A stretch of DNA of 64,000 nt from Raillietiella orientalis (taxonomy: Eukaryota), in contig JAYWIR010000002.1 in assembly GCA_036172245.1 (NCBI GenBank), positions 6,882,001 through 6,946,000 of the forward strand, given 5' to 3'. Positions 13,000 through 25,600 of this stretch are shown piece by piece. The notes below the pieces were generated by a model that worked only from the letters and a program-made list of their open reading frames with translations, was not told the DNA's origin and made no database searches. The stretch's first letter is position 1. Each line of letters starts with the position of its first letter. A program made the position numbers and the translations under genes.

Positions 13000-15900
13000 C
13001 GAAGCCGGTGAGAGGAAGGAAAGACCTGTTCAAGAGATCTCGAACGACGAGCGTCTCGGCTTCCCGAGGGACCCACGCAGCCACCCGTGAGGAAGGCGTC
13101 CCTTTCCCGAACGACGTTTGCTTTCCTGAAATTCTGCGGAGCAGAGGAGTCTTCGCTATGGAATGCACGCCGGCGGAACCAACCGCAAGTCGCGAGGAGA
13201 TTAGTTCTGAACACGTGAGGATGGACGCGTTCGGAACCGTCCGCAGCCAGCAGGAAGAGGAGGGTGGGTGGGATCGACCCGCATCTCCATGCAGCCTCAC
13301 GCAGGATGCTGGGGGGGGGGGGACGATTCCAGTTTTTGAGCCATCACCGCTCCAGCCAGGAATCCCTTTCTCCAGAGCTATGCAACAGAGGACTCGTTTG
13401 CTAGTTTCGCTTTGCCCTAGGGTGGCAGGAAAATCTGACTCGGGGCGGACCGTATGAACCTGGCTCCCGTGCGCGGTCACACACTGATCTGCCGACCGCG
13501 GTTTCTCTGACGACACTCTTCCTCGTCGATCATACTTCACTTCGTAAGGCTCCCGTTTCAGCCACAAGAAACGCAAAGTGTGAGGCAAAGATGACTAGAT
13601 CAGTGGCATGACCTCCAAAAATTTTTTGGAGGCAGTAGGTATTCCCTACTTGCTCCCGCGTAATTTATCCGGGGTTTTACTTTTCCGACGGAATTATAAC
13701 TTTTTGGGGGTTCCAAAAACGGGAAGATGAAGTGGTCGCACCGAGCGCGGGGAGGAAGGGGGCAGCGGTCAGCCGGGAAGTGCCTCCCCCCTTTCTTGCA
13801 TTCAGCAAAGAAGTGATGCGACCTCACTCAGACCGAGTGTCCCTCGTAGCATCAGCAGCCGCTACAAGCCGTGGATGTGCAACAGTGCGACTGTCCTCCC
13901 CGACTGAGGGCGCTGTGACCCGCAGCGAGCAATTCGCATTGCCAAAGAAAGTCTCAGAAGCCGCATGACGGGTTCCAAGAAGTAATATTGCTCACGTCTC
14001 AGCGCCTTCCCGTAGATACGGAAGCTGTAGCGGAATAGGAGATAGGTCATCTGTGAAGCGAAGCATATCGCAGAGCTGTCGGCTAGCCAAACAAATCAGT
14101 TCAGTGACAAGCAGGCTGTCCAGCAATCTCTTCTGTCTTCTTCTGCGCCGCGGTCAGACTAAGCTGGCAGTCGATCGAATGCCCTCAAAGAGATGCAAGC
14201 GGAAAAGGGAGTCTCTTCCGAGGCGAAGGCCAATCAGGTGAAACAGATGGGCATACTGCAACGACTAACGGGCGTCCGGTCGGTCGGGGTTCGTTGTTAT
14301 TGGGTGGCTGTTTTTTTCTTGCTCACGATGCCCTTCACGAAAACGCTCCCTAAAGGGACGAAAACACGCTGTGCAAGACGCTCCCGTCTTTGATTTTCGT
14401 GCTCCTCGGCTCTTTCATTTTTGCACCTTCGCGAGCTCGTTTGGAGGCGGCCTCCCGATCGGTGCGTTGTGGAGTGAAGGACGAGAGAGAGATGTCGTGT
14501 TGCAGGACCACTTCTAATCTAATCTGCTCTGCAGAGCTGCACCAGGGAAGTCCAATGTTATGCCAAGTTTCTGCTCGTCACGGAACGAGAGGTGGCGGGA
14601 TCGAAGCGCGCGCTTCTCTGCGTCTCTTCGCCTGCTGAAAAATGCTTGGGGCGCAGCTAGCTGCATCGCTTTCTCTTTCACCGCAGCCACAGGAGGGTCT
14701 CCCGTGCTTCGGAGGATGTGTTTGCCCCCTTTTTCTTCTTCCACGTGAAATGGCAGCCTTCTTGCCTGCGGTACTCCTGGAATTTGTACTTTTCGATCAC
14801 CTCACTGATCTGCCGCGGATGTGCCTTTCGCTTCATCGTAGGCGCACAAGATTTTCAATCTTCACAAATTGAGCCTGTCATCCCCCCAAGATTCTCCTAG
14901 CAATCCGAAAGAGGTTGGGGAAATGGAGTACTGTTCTACCAAAGTTGTGATCTGTTCCTCAGATGCTCTTGCTTTTCCAAGCACGACCCATTTCCGCCCT
15001 CGGTGCGTCACTCTTCCGTTTAGCAGTCTTCCTGTCGGCTGAAAGTTACGATGATTCCGTCCCAAAAGAGCCCTCCTGAGACTTCGGGCGAGGGGATGGG
15101 ATGATGACGATCGCAGATTCTGTTGCGGTTCCGTTTCTCTTCCCGCTTGCCGGCGTTCGCCTCCCACAGGCGAACGATTCCCATGAAACATTGCTCTGTC
15201 GTTTTCCGGTACGCAGAGGAAGTACGTGGCGAGCGGTAGCTCTCGCGAAGATGTCGCTGTCCCCAACTTCGCGAGCAAGCGGGAACCGGCCCATGGCTCT
15301 TGTTGGTCCGTCTTATTCGCTGCTTCCGGGAAAGCTGTCGACCCTCAACCCCCCTTCAGCGGAGGAAAACCGCGCGAAACATGAGCCCAAGGCGGCCAGT
15401 GAAGCAGCGATTGCTTCCGAGTCCGGTCCTGGTTCCATTGCCACCCTCCGCGGGATGCGCAAGTCCCCATTGCTTCGCAACGGGCACTTGGATGGCGGCA
15501 GCACCGCCCGATGGCGCAGAGGACTTTCGAGCCATAGCTTCGGGCAGCCTTTCCACAGCGTCCATTCTGTGCTGGCATGGACCAACTTTCCCTGTTCGAT
15601 GTGCTTTGGGGACATCCGTGGCGGCACGTGATGACGCAACTTCACCCCAGCCATGCCATTTTCAACGGCGTAACGAAAGTAGAAAGATTAGAGTGACAAG
15701 ATCGCCTGGCAATGATCCCTCTTGCTTCCAGAACCGCTTTCGTCTCTTGGCGTTTTTAACCTGCTTCGTTGTTCCAGGATGCATTCCAAGCAGAAAGGGA
15801 CAAGGAGCAAATTGTGCGGCATCCAAGAAGTGGGCAGCGGGAGAGAAGTCGCTGTTGGAAGAATGAGACCTCTCTGAGGCGAAGAAGGGAAGGAAGAAAG

Positions 15901-16650
15901 GAAAACCAAAAGTTGCAATTTTCGTTTAGAACGCGATTGGCGAGCAGCGAGTCCATCATTCGAAGAGCGGATTTCAACAGGAACTGAAAGTGGACCTCTT
16001 TCTCGGGTCAGGAACGAAACATCTGAAGGTGCTACGCCTATTCGAGATTCGGTGAGTTTGGAGGATGAGATTGGACTCTCGAGGAGCGAGCGTTTCGTTC
16101 GACTCGTTGCTTCTATTAGAATGGGTTCGCTTCTTTCGTCTCGAGTCCTGCAGGCCCCATTTCATTTCTCACCCCCCCCCCCCCTGACCTCTCGGCATCA
16201 GCCAAGTGGACGGGATGAGGTATGCCGCGGGGGGGGAGGGGTTCCCGTTTGCTTCGCATCTTTCTCGTTCCCTTCAGCGCCATCTCGATTCATGGTCGTG
16301 GTGTGCCTTCGAGGAATCCCTGCTCGGGAACGCTGCTTTTTGCGACACATTTCCGGAAACGTTCAGAAAGTGTTTGGTGGCAGTTTCCATAGGCATTTCT
16401 TCTGTCTCCCTTCCTGTCCTTCCCCCGATGGACGCCTGAGATTCCATGCACGCCTAAGCAGACCAAGTGGACGCGAGTTACCGGCCACGCTTCCCTGTGA
16501 CCGTTCCCTCCCACTGCCACCATTTCTTCTCCGTCCCTGTGTTCATTACCTGCAGCGCCCTCTCCTCTCTCAAGGCAGCCTATCAAAAAAGCATAACGGG
16601 GACCATCTTGTACGTTTGAGAGCGCCAAACGAGTGTAGAGCGAAGCGCGC
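13000..16650 (-). mobile_element. BEL/Pao LTR retrotransposon gag-pol remnant
   Basis: Gag-like DGPRYAFLIGCLERGE and YGNCHQTLSERF (DUF1759-like), Cys/His knuckle remnants near 15.5 kb, protease-like LRTGKRQSNVS, and Pao RT motifs SHHFF, ASKKFLEV and LRFLWLK (13.56 kb). Confidence 0.6.
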
Positions 16651-17067
16651 GCGCTGCTGATCCCTCTCTCTTTGAGCGGAGAGGGCTCGGTAGCCAGACA
16701 TCCAGGGATCGGAGCTTACGGAAGGGAGGGAGAAGAGGAGAGAGAGAACTCTTCAGGTTACTCCTCCGATGGAAGGGAGGCAGCTGTTTGGGTTCCGAGC
16801 GTTTCTTTTCCCAAGCTTCGAGCAACGAACGAAGACGCGCCGTGCCCGCGAGTAGCGGCGAAGACGAGTTGGCGATCGCCCGCTGCACCCGCGCGTCTTC
16901 GAGCGCGCGTCCCCACGTGCCGCACCGTTGCGGTGCAGCACAGCCGAATCGCTTGGACGCCGCCGAGAGGCGGTGCGCTCTTGACAGACTTCTCACTGTC
17001 AGGCGAAAGGAGTGGGAACACTCCTGGGGAGAAGCTTCTCACAGTGGCTTTTTTTTTTTTATTATTA

Positions 17068-17217
17068 TTATTCCACTCGTGGTAGGGACTCCGTGGCTCG
17101 GAAACTACTGGCATACGTGGGCTTAAGGGAATAATTCCTGTTCTTAATGTCCTCGGCGACCTTTTCTTTGGGAGTCAGAAATCTCGGTGGTGGCGGGGGA
17201 AGAACACGGTCGCTCAT
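17068..17217 (-). CDS. spir: Spire-like protein, WH2 exon (last recognisable exon; may instead splice at the 17117 donor)
   Basis: CTCTCTCTTCAAG acceptor. Encodes MSDRVLPPPPPRFLTPKEKVAEDIKNRNYSLKPT, resembling Spire WH2-C (ASDRQLGPPR...SPREQLMESIR...LK). In phase with the previous exon. Read-through stops at 17068. Confidence 0.75.
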   Translation of the reverse strand: MSDRVLPPPPPRFLTPKEKVAEDIKNRNYSLKPTYASSFRATESLPRVE

Positions 17218-17838
17218 CTTGAAGAGAGAGTTTGCTCTCGTGCATGCAAAGCTCCAGTTGCAGTTGGGAAGCAGCATTTCTTGCGGTGATCGCGCGTGTG
17301 CAACGCGAGAGAGAGAGGGAGGGAGAGAGAAGAGGGGAAGAAATTTCCGTTCCACTGCGCTTCAGTCCATGCACCCCCAAGGAATAGCACCCATCCACCC
17401 CCAACCCCAAAGAGCCATGCTGCTGGCTTTTCGTGCATGCCGCACCTCTGGAGCAGACGCGTACACCTTGGAAAGCACTCGAAACTTTCAACCAGCGTCA
17501 TGGCCCCTTCCCCACAAAATTGGCTACTCTCCCCCTTCCCGAAGCGCCCCAAGTTTCAAACAGCGACGCATCCTGAAAACCGTTCTTCTTCCCTCTTTTC
17601 TCACCGCCGCTGTTCCTCCTCCTCCTTCGCTCGTCGGTAATGTCCCTAGAAGCCGAGATGGAGCGAACGTTGCCGCGGCAGCGAGAGAGAGCAAGCGCCG
17701 CCATCTCGAGGCGCGGGATGTTCAGATCGCAGCTTCCCGTCCGGGGTCCCGATCGCTGGACCAGCCGGCGGGACAGCACGCGGCTCCCGACTCTTCGAAA
17801 GAGGGTGAGCAGTCAGAGGAGCTCCGCCGCAGCCGTAC

Positions 17839-18084
17839 CTTCTTGAGAGTCGGCCCGGAGCGGATGCACTCCATGATGAGAGTGTGGAGGGTCGGTGGTG
17901 TTGCTGGCAGAGCCCTCTTGGGGAGCCGGCGTTCCGAAGGGGCGCGCAGCTCGTAATTCTTTTGGCGGATGTCGTTGAGCAGCATCTCGACTGGGGTGAA
18001 GGGGCCCTTGCTCTCAGGTCTGGGCGTTTCCCTCAGCTGGATGCGCTCCTGCAACTCGTGCATCATGTCCAGCCAGGACTTCAC
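17839..18084 (-). CDS. spir: Spire-like protein, WH2-A/WH2-B exon
   Basis: VKSWLDMMHELQERIQLRE...TPVEMLLNDIRQKNYELR...TLHTLIMECIRSGPTLKK aligns with Spire ARFWVQVMRDLRNGVKLKK...TPYEMLMDDIRCKRYTLR...AHEIILDFIRSRPPL. TTCCAG acceptor, GTACGG donor, 82 codons. Confidence 0.9.
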
Positions 18085-19420
18085 CTGGAAGCTGCGCGTA
18101 GAATTGACGCAGGACCCCCCAGCTGCCCGTCGCGTCTCCGGAGAGCGCGTCCTTCTCGATATGGCCAAGTCCTCGGGGACTCCGCTAGGCCGCACGCGTG
18201 CGCCGTTCCCCCCGTCGGGCTAACTCCTTCGGGACCGGAAGCGGAAAGTCGCCAACGCTCCAACCGACGATGGCGCGTTGACGATGGCACTCATCGCTGT
18301 GCGCATTGCTGACGGCGACGCACGGCGTCGAACCTCCTCGAGCAGCACGTCGTTTCCCGTCGAGGTGCATCCGGTCGCCGCAGCAAACCGCACACCGCTG
18401 GCGCGGAGGACCTTTCGGAATGTCGGCATCGTTCCTCCTCCCTGGTCCGTTTCCGGCGCCCCCGCGTTGTCCCCCGTCGCTCCCCGAGCGAAATTTGGGG
18501 CGCTTTCCCGTTCGACAAGCCGCCGCTTCCAGCTGAGCTCCCCGCTCCCTACTCCACGTGGGAGCGCAGAGCTCGGTCGGAAGACCGACGTGACGACATT
18601 GCGTCCTGACGCGGGCAGTTGTAGTGGTCGATGGCGCTCGGTGAGCGCCATCTGCCCCACGATCTGTGGACAGTGTTCCCGCGATCGCGGATCCGTTCCC
18701 GCCGGAAGGACAGTTCATCCGAAAAACGTCCTTCCGCCATGGCTCTGCAGGACCACCCAACGCCCAGCAGGGAGGCTCAGGACTCCTGCGCGAGCCAACA
18801 ACTTACGCGAAGGATGCAGTGGTTTTCCGGCAGGACTCCGTGCGCGCCGTCCGCGCATCCTTGAGATCAGAAGGACTTTCTCATCCTCTGCTGTGCTGAA
18901 GCGCGCTGCGTTGCGTGCTGTTTTGGCCCTTTTCGCGCAAAAACGCCTGCAGCACGCCCTTCATGACCGACCGTGCCCCGCGCGGAGCCGGCAACCGACG
19001 TCTGGTATTTTCATCACACCTTGCGGTACCACGGTAACAGCGAGAACTCGAATGCAGGACTTTTCCCTCGAAAGTTGGGCAGGAATTGTTCGCTCCCCCT
19101 CCCTCCCCCCTTCTCCCTCTCGCTGGTTGAAGAAGGAAAGGAGCCTTTGGGGTGGGGATTGCCCACCTCGGGATCGAACGGTCAGTAGTTGGTTGGACCG
19201 CGGCAGGCGTTGCCCGTGTGTCTTCAAACGGACGGATTGACACTTTGTGACTTTGCAGTCCGAAGCCGAGGCATACTCTGTGCCGCACAGTCCATTGCGA
19301 CCTCGGCTTTTCCCATTCGGAACGCAGGTGTCCACTGCGCTTCTTGCATGCACTTGCGCGCACTTGCACCACCACCACACACCACTACCCTCGCGCATGA
19401 CAGCGCAAAAAAGCAGTTAC

Positions 19421-19442
19421 CCAGTTTTTGTCCGGAGCACTT
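19421..19442 (-). CDS. spir: Spire-like protein, probable 22-nt microexon (alternative longer form from 19522)
   Basis: TTTCTTTCTCAG acceptor and GTAACT donor. Supplies (R)SAPDKNW, giving the conserved W...W spacing with the next exon. Phases fit both neighbours. Confidence 0.55.
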
Positions 19443-21377
19443 CTGAGAAAGAAACAGCAGTCGTCCTTGGACTTGGCATCCACACTTTGGGACCTTTTCA
19501 TGACCCTCCCTCGGGGAAGGCTCTAGAAAACCTGGGAACCACGTGGCTTCATCGGGAAATGCAGGGCTGATACGTGGTCCTCGAATTTTGCATGCGCAAA
19601 CTTCAGCTGAGATTTTGCAGTGCTAAAAGGGCAAAGCCAGGTTGCTGGGCATTTTCGGGAGTTGCCGCATGATCCTCAAGCGAGCTTAGGCATCAACAAG
19701 GCTTTAGATCAGCAACTGCATCCAGACTGCGAAGCTCTCTTCCTAAATTCCCAAGTAATTTGCCAAATTCGCCTTCAGCGAAATGCAGTGGGATTGCCAA
19801 AGTCTCGTTTTTACGGGAACCGAACGCCCGCTCTACGTGCCTTCCGAAAAATTTCGCGGACGACTTTTTCGTTCGCACGCCGGATCAACGCTCTGCTCCA
19901 CAGAGAGAAACTTTCAGGGGGATGCAGGAGATGCAGAGGAGAATAATGCGCAACGAGGAAGGGGGTGACGCTGTTCGTCCACTCGAAAGGCCACATAGCT
20001 TCAAATACAAAGCATGGATTTAGAAAAAAGCCACGTAAGGAAAGAGTAAAAAGAATTGGATATGCCGGGCAGATTTTTTCGAAACCTCGCGCCTTAGGGC
20101 AGAGTGCGGCGCCATTTTTCTTTTTTCTTTTTTTGCTGAATAATCGATAAACGAATGATGGAGGGGGGGGGGGGGGAATGAACGGGCGCCAACACTGTGG
20201 CGGTCTTGAGACGTGCGTCCCAGCCTTCTGCTCCTCAACCTTCGCTTTTTCACCTTCGCCCAACACTCTTCCGGCGGAAACCTAATGGGCGATTTCAGGC
20301 ACTGCCGCCGCCTTCATTCGGGGCAAGGAACAGTCGGTTGCGGTGCTCCTGTGGAGTTTTCCCGGATTGCAGGGCATTGGACCCCATCGCCGCCCTTTAC
20401 CAGCCTCGATAGACTTCTTTCCGTTTTCCTCCCCCAAAGTGCGCAGCGTTAGACCGCAGCGCTCCGGCATCCTCCACACCTTACTCGTGCGGTCCTTTGC
20501 CTGTTCTTTCTCCTTCCTCTTCTTCGCAGAGGGCAACACAGCCGTTCTGCGGAGACGTGCGTTGTTGCCGCGCTTTGAAGAAGCGTCCGACAGCATTTCG
20601 GAGTAGATGAAGTGCCTTTGGCTCCGTTGTGCGTCTCGTGAGCGGAACGCGCGGCCAAGTTATCTCGGAGCTCTTCGCGTCTCGGCGCGGAGCGGAGACC
20701 ACGTGACCGCGATCGGCAAAGGGTTCTTCTTCCTCTCTCTCTCTCCCTCTCTCTCTTCCGCGCGCCTTCGCTCGTCCCGTTCCTCCTCGCTTCTCGAAAG
20801 GAGGGGTATCCGCCGCGACAGCCGACGGCCGGCCCTTCGGGAGCACTCCCCCGTCGTCGTCGTCGCGACCTGGCGCTTGCGTCGATCGCCACGCAGCGAG
20901 GGCGACCGCAGGCGCTTCCCCGCGCGCAGAATGTTTTTGGCTTACTTGCGATGGCGGCTCGCTGCCCCTGAAGCGGGGGGGAGGGGTCCTCGGAGCAGAG
21001 CGGGCCAAAAGAACGGGAGCAGCGCGAAAATGCTTTCTGGCGACTCCTGCCCGGAACTCCCCGCAGGAGGGAGTTTCGTGCGAGTCGCGTTCGGAGGCTG
21101 CGGCCGAAATCTGTAAACGGAACGCGTGCGGGAAGCGACGGGATGAACCGGGAAGAGCACGCGTTTTTCGAGTGGACCCTTCCCAGGTCCCGTCGACGTC
21201 CACACAGATCCGTCGAGTGCGTCCCCGCCTTTGGGGAAAGCCAGAAAGCAAAACGGCAGCGAATTTCAAGCACCACCACGTTCTTTCACGACATCTCGAT
21301 CTCATGCAGAAAAAGCGCTTTAACAGCATTGGAAAGAAAAAAAAGGAAATGCACACACAGTTGATGTAATTCGTTAC

Positions 21378-21444
21378 CTGATGTGCTCAAAAGTACAATG
21401 TAATCGACGCAACGACGTTAGTGCTTTACATTTCGATTGGAAAC
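21378..21444 (-). CDS. spir: Spire-like protein, KIND C-terminal helix exon
   Basis: TTAATTTAG acceptor and CAG|GTAACG donor. FQSKCKALTSLRRLHCTFEHI resembles KIND [22 protein letters not shown]. Confidence 0.55.
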
Positions 21445-22299
21445 CTAAATTAAGTAGAAGAATTTCCTCTCGGAGAACTTGGCTTGCCTTTGGGTTCCTT
21501 TCCGTAGAAAAACAATGGCCAGGGGGCTTCCATTGTTCCGAGCGAAGGCGCAACAATCACCCGCCCCGATGTGTGCTGTGTGTGTGATGTGTGTTTGCTC
21601 TTTGCCCCCTGTGGTTTCTCTCCCCCCCCCCCCCCATCAAGCATGCGCCTTCTCTTTCGTCAGCCGGCTGCAGCCCGACGGCGCCGCCGGTTTTGCCTTC
21701 CCGAGCTGGAGCCCGGAACGGCCGGCGACGACGCATCCAGATTGCTCGAGGGATGATCCTGGTGCTCCCGGGGTCGCAAGTCGAAACCCTATCGAAAGCG
21801 AGCGTTCCAGACGGCCACTTCTCCAGGAGCGTCCATCCCCCTTGCGTCGGAAAAAAAATAAAAATCAAACCTGGAGAGCGATTCGTACCCTGCTCACCGC
21901 TGTGAAGCCGTGGCGGTCCGGGTGGTTTCCCACGAGGAGGATTGCAGCTTCCCCTCCCGCTCAGACAGCGGTTGCCGCGTACTGTGGCTGCATTCCTGCT
22001 GGCATCCTCCGAAGTATTCGGGAAGAAGTGTCAAGCCGCACGGCTCGATGACTTGTTCCTTCGTGCTCGCAACGTTTGCTTGGTCGAAGTCGGGAGACGC
22101 GCGTCTTCCCCGGTCTCACTCCCCCCCCCCCTCCCCCGACCATCATCAAAAGCAGCGGAGAGCGCCCGAGAGGAAACGGCTGCCAAAAGAAAAAAAAAAA
22201 AAAAAAAAAACATAAACCGCGCACGTGGTCTCCTGCGAAGAGCCCGGGGCTCGTCGTATCAGATGCTGTCCTTCCGTGGAACTTGCACGCTTCGGGAAC

Positions 22300-22442
22300 C
22301 TCTTTTTTCCGGGACCACCGTGATGTGCCACGGGACCGTCCGCGAAGTTTTTCCATCGGGGCGCTCGTGCGCTGCACGTTGGAGGAAGCGCCCCAGAGAT
22401 TCAAAAGTATCGTCGTAGGGAGTGATCGCTGCGACCGTTGCC
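22300..22442 (-). CDS. spir: Spire-like protein, KIND exon (donor uncertain)
   Basis: DDTFESLGRFLQRAAHERPDGKTSRTVP aligns without gaps to KIND [33 protein letters not shown] acceptor is in phase with the upstream candidate exon. The donor G|GTTCCC is weak. Confidence 0.45.
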
Positions 22443-22879
22443 CTAACGATCATCATCGTCCCGCAGATCAAAGGAAGCGCACCCCATCCGTCAGAGGGGA
22501 AAATCATCGCATCGCCCAGAAGGAAGCGGGCGTGACGCGTGGGTGTCGAAGATGCGACTCGAAAGGCTCATGCAGGTGCCGCCATCTCAGGTGGCGGTTC
22601 CGAACTCAAAATCGTCCCCGCGTGTCTGCGATACAATGCGCTCCACACGCGCGCGTACGGTGTATTGGAAGCGCACACCAGTCTGCTCGCCTGCGTTCGG
22701 GGAGAGAGGACGGGCCGGACGGAAACGCAGCATCCGGGCAAGGGACACTGCCGTGCTCACAAAAGCGAAAGTGGGAACGCGAGAGTCGGGAGTGGCTGGG
22801 CACGAGCGCGCGTCCACGTGCAGCACAGCGCTCGCTGCGGCCACTCGAGCCACGGACCCTTGGAGCTCGGGGAGCGCAC

Positions 22880-22959
22880 CTCTTGACCTCCGGGAATTCG
22901 TTCTTGAGCGACTCGAGGAGACCGGTGGGCCCGCTGCCAGCGCACGCGCACCGTGGAAC
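22880..22959 (-). CDS. Candidate upstream exon of the Spire-like gene
   Basis: CTGTTCCAG acceptor and AG|GTGCGC donor. Encodes VPRCACAGSGPTGLLESLKNEFPEVK. Phase 2 matches the next exon, but there is no recognisable homology. Confidence 0.35.
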
Positions 22960-24499
22960 CTGGAACAGCCAGCGCGACACTTGGCTTTTGCCGTCTCCTC
23001 CCTGTTGGTTGTGTCGTCGTACTTGATGGTAGTAGGCTGCGCCACCTTTCCCTCCCACCCCCTCCTTCCGCAGCCGAAGCTTCTAGAAGTGACGTTAGCG
23101 TCGGTCATCGAATGCGGGGCTGCTGTTACCCAAATCGGTCGAGGATGCTCAAAGACGAGCAAGAAAGGCGCGCGCGTGCGGCACGGAGACCTTCGCCGCA
23201 AATGCGCGAAAATCGGCAGCCACGTCCGAAAGCAAAGGACAGTAGCGTCGGCAAGGATGATGGGCGCAAATGCCGCTGGAAGCTGTAAACCTTTTCAGAA
23301 GATCCGAGCGTTCGAAAGATAAGCAGGGCGCGCACCCCATGCACGCGTCGCTGCTGCGCGACGCGTGCATCTCCGAGCTGGCAGGGGCGCGTCTTCGCGG
23401 CCCTGTCAAACCGCCACGGTTGAGATCATCGGGTAGGGAAAACCTGGAGCATCGTAGCAGGGATGATTTGGAGTCATCGTCTGGTGCAGGGGCGGGAATG
23501 TAGCAAGTCATCCGCAAGTCGCGACCCTCGGCGAAACGGTAAACTGTGTTATCTTTTCTTCGCTCCCCCCCCCAAACACACATACCTCTTAGTCGGAAAG
23601 ACTTTCAGATTAAGGGGGCGCAGCTGAACCAGAGAAGAAACGGGTCCGTCGAAGAGCAGTTCTTTTTCTCTCCGGACGTTCCCATTTTTCAGGAAAGTTT
23701 TGGAACCGATTCACAGGAAGAGAGCTGGAGATGCTGCAGAACGGCGGAGTTTGCGAAGGCTGCGAAATCGAAAGCTGCCGCCGAACGTGCGTCAACGGCC
23801 GTCATGGCGTTGAAAACACGGAATTTGGCGCGCTGGGGCGGAAGCGTCGAAACTCGAGGTTTCCGCCTCTTCGGGGGAAGCTGGCTAAGCCCGCCCATCC
23901 ACAGACGGAGGGGGGAAGGGAGGGAAGATCCGGCGGTGCGGAGACAACCCTCTGCGAAGAGCGGTTCGAAACACCCAGGAGCCCTCCTGGGGAATGAACG
24001 TCCAGCTGCGATTCGTTTCCTTTGAGTTCCTTTCCGAAGGCGAATCAGACGAACCCATGACCGCTAGGAAAGCGAGCAGCGGTCTCCCTGGGAGCCGACC
24101 GTGTAGGATTTCGGCGTCTACATCCAGGAAAGTGTTCCACGACACTTCCTCCCCCGAATTCCCTGTTTCAGATATGCACCGACGCTGTCATCCCGCGACA
24201 CGTTTGCCTCATCCGTAGAAGAAGAAAAAAAAACAGTGCCCTTCTGTACCTCGTCCACGGAAACAGCTCTGGGGCGTCGTCGTTCGGATCAGTCCAGGGC
24301 GTTACCAAGGATTCTTCGTTCAGGCAGCGCTGATCTTCACTTTCACTCTCTTTGCTTATTCTTCTTCCTTGAGGTCAAGAATACCAAGCTCAGAAAATCC
24401 TTCTCTGTATCAGCGTGGTTACTTCTCCACGTTTCCTCGTTCTACTTTCCTCTTCACTGCAGTATTCCCTCACACCCATCCGAAGAAGTAGATGGGTTG

Positions 24500-25600
24500 C
24501 CCATCCCCAGCGCAGTCATGCTGCGGCAGCAATGACCTTCAGCCCCCCAGCGGCTGAAGGCCATCGCTGCCGCTGAGGGGGGTTTTCCGTTCTGTGTAAC
24601 TGAGAGGGTAGGAACCCGATCTCTCTTCAGGATGTTCCCTAAAGGCATCCGTAGGACGAAATGCCCTGTCTGTCTTTTGAGCTGGCTGCATCCAGCGGTG
24701 TCTTCAGCGTGTCCCACCCCCCGCATATGCCTTCCGGAAGATGCCGCATACTTTCCGACACCGATCCCATTGTGATTCTCCAGTGCTGCAGTGCCGGAGC
24801 AATTCGCCCGGTAACGCTTGCAAGGTCAGCTGGTTTGCATTTGCGCCTCCCTGAGTGAACTCACGGACCCCTTCCGAAGTGGCTGTATTGGCACGTCTGG
24901 CAAATGAGGCTGCTCCGATGGTGATCGTATGGGGTGGGTGTCCGGCAGTCCCTTGCGCCACTGCTCCCAAAGCAAGAACGCCACGGACATCCGCATCCTG
25001 CTGAGATTTCGCCCCGTGCTGGTTCTCAGTACGCCTTGCCTTGCATCCCGAGTCATTTGTAGAGCTGTTTCCATGGATATTTGCATGAAATACCGATACG
25101 ACCCGTTCCTTGCACCGTGATTGCGAAGAACCTTCGTTACTTTACTTAGTGACACCTGCTTAAGGTTCGACTTGGTGCCCTCTGGGCTGGTTTCTGCCTC
25201 CCTCCGCCGAGTTTTACAAGTTCACGCGCAAATTAATTTGTTCATTTATTTCCCGTCTTGGAGCCCCGAAAGTTCGGTTGCATCGAAAGATGCGCCCCAC
25301 TTCCCTCGTAGGCGATTGCGAGTCTCAAGGACGCGCTTTCCTTATGTCTTGGCCTGCGTTTGCCTTTGTGCCATCAGTGATTTCCTTCTCTGGGCACCAG
25401 CCACACGTGGCGAATGTCTCCGGCTTCGTGGGAGTCTTGTGGCCGCTTGCCTATTCTGCATTGTTCCTGGATCGTCGTGAAGCATCATCGATAGGTACAA
25501 CAACAGCAACGTACCATCGAGCTTCTTATGCTGCTTGGCTGCCTCCGCGTGAAGTCCTTCGTAAAGGCTTCCTTCAGCGCGCCCCACTACGGGTAGGTCT
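24500..25600 (-). mobile_element. Non-LTR RT remnant (clade uncertain)
   Basis: LDGTLLLLYLSMML (QGxxLSPLLF-like), LAIAYEGSGAHL (YADD-like) and KVTKVL...SYRYF (K...YxYLG-like), in order. Confidence 0.4.

Noticed and set aside
18330..18400. CAVCCGDRMH resembling a nuclear-receptor zinc finger
   Set aside because: The remaining cysteines and P-box are absent and there are no supporting splice sites. It lies in a Spire intron.
19620..19760. Plus-strand peptide ASLGINKALDQQL resembling the Spire KIND motif [14 protein letters not shown]
   Set aside because: It is on the wrong strand relative to the WH2 exons and needs a gap to align. A same-strand, phase-compatible KIND candidate exists at 22300-22442.
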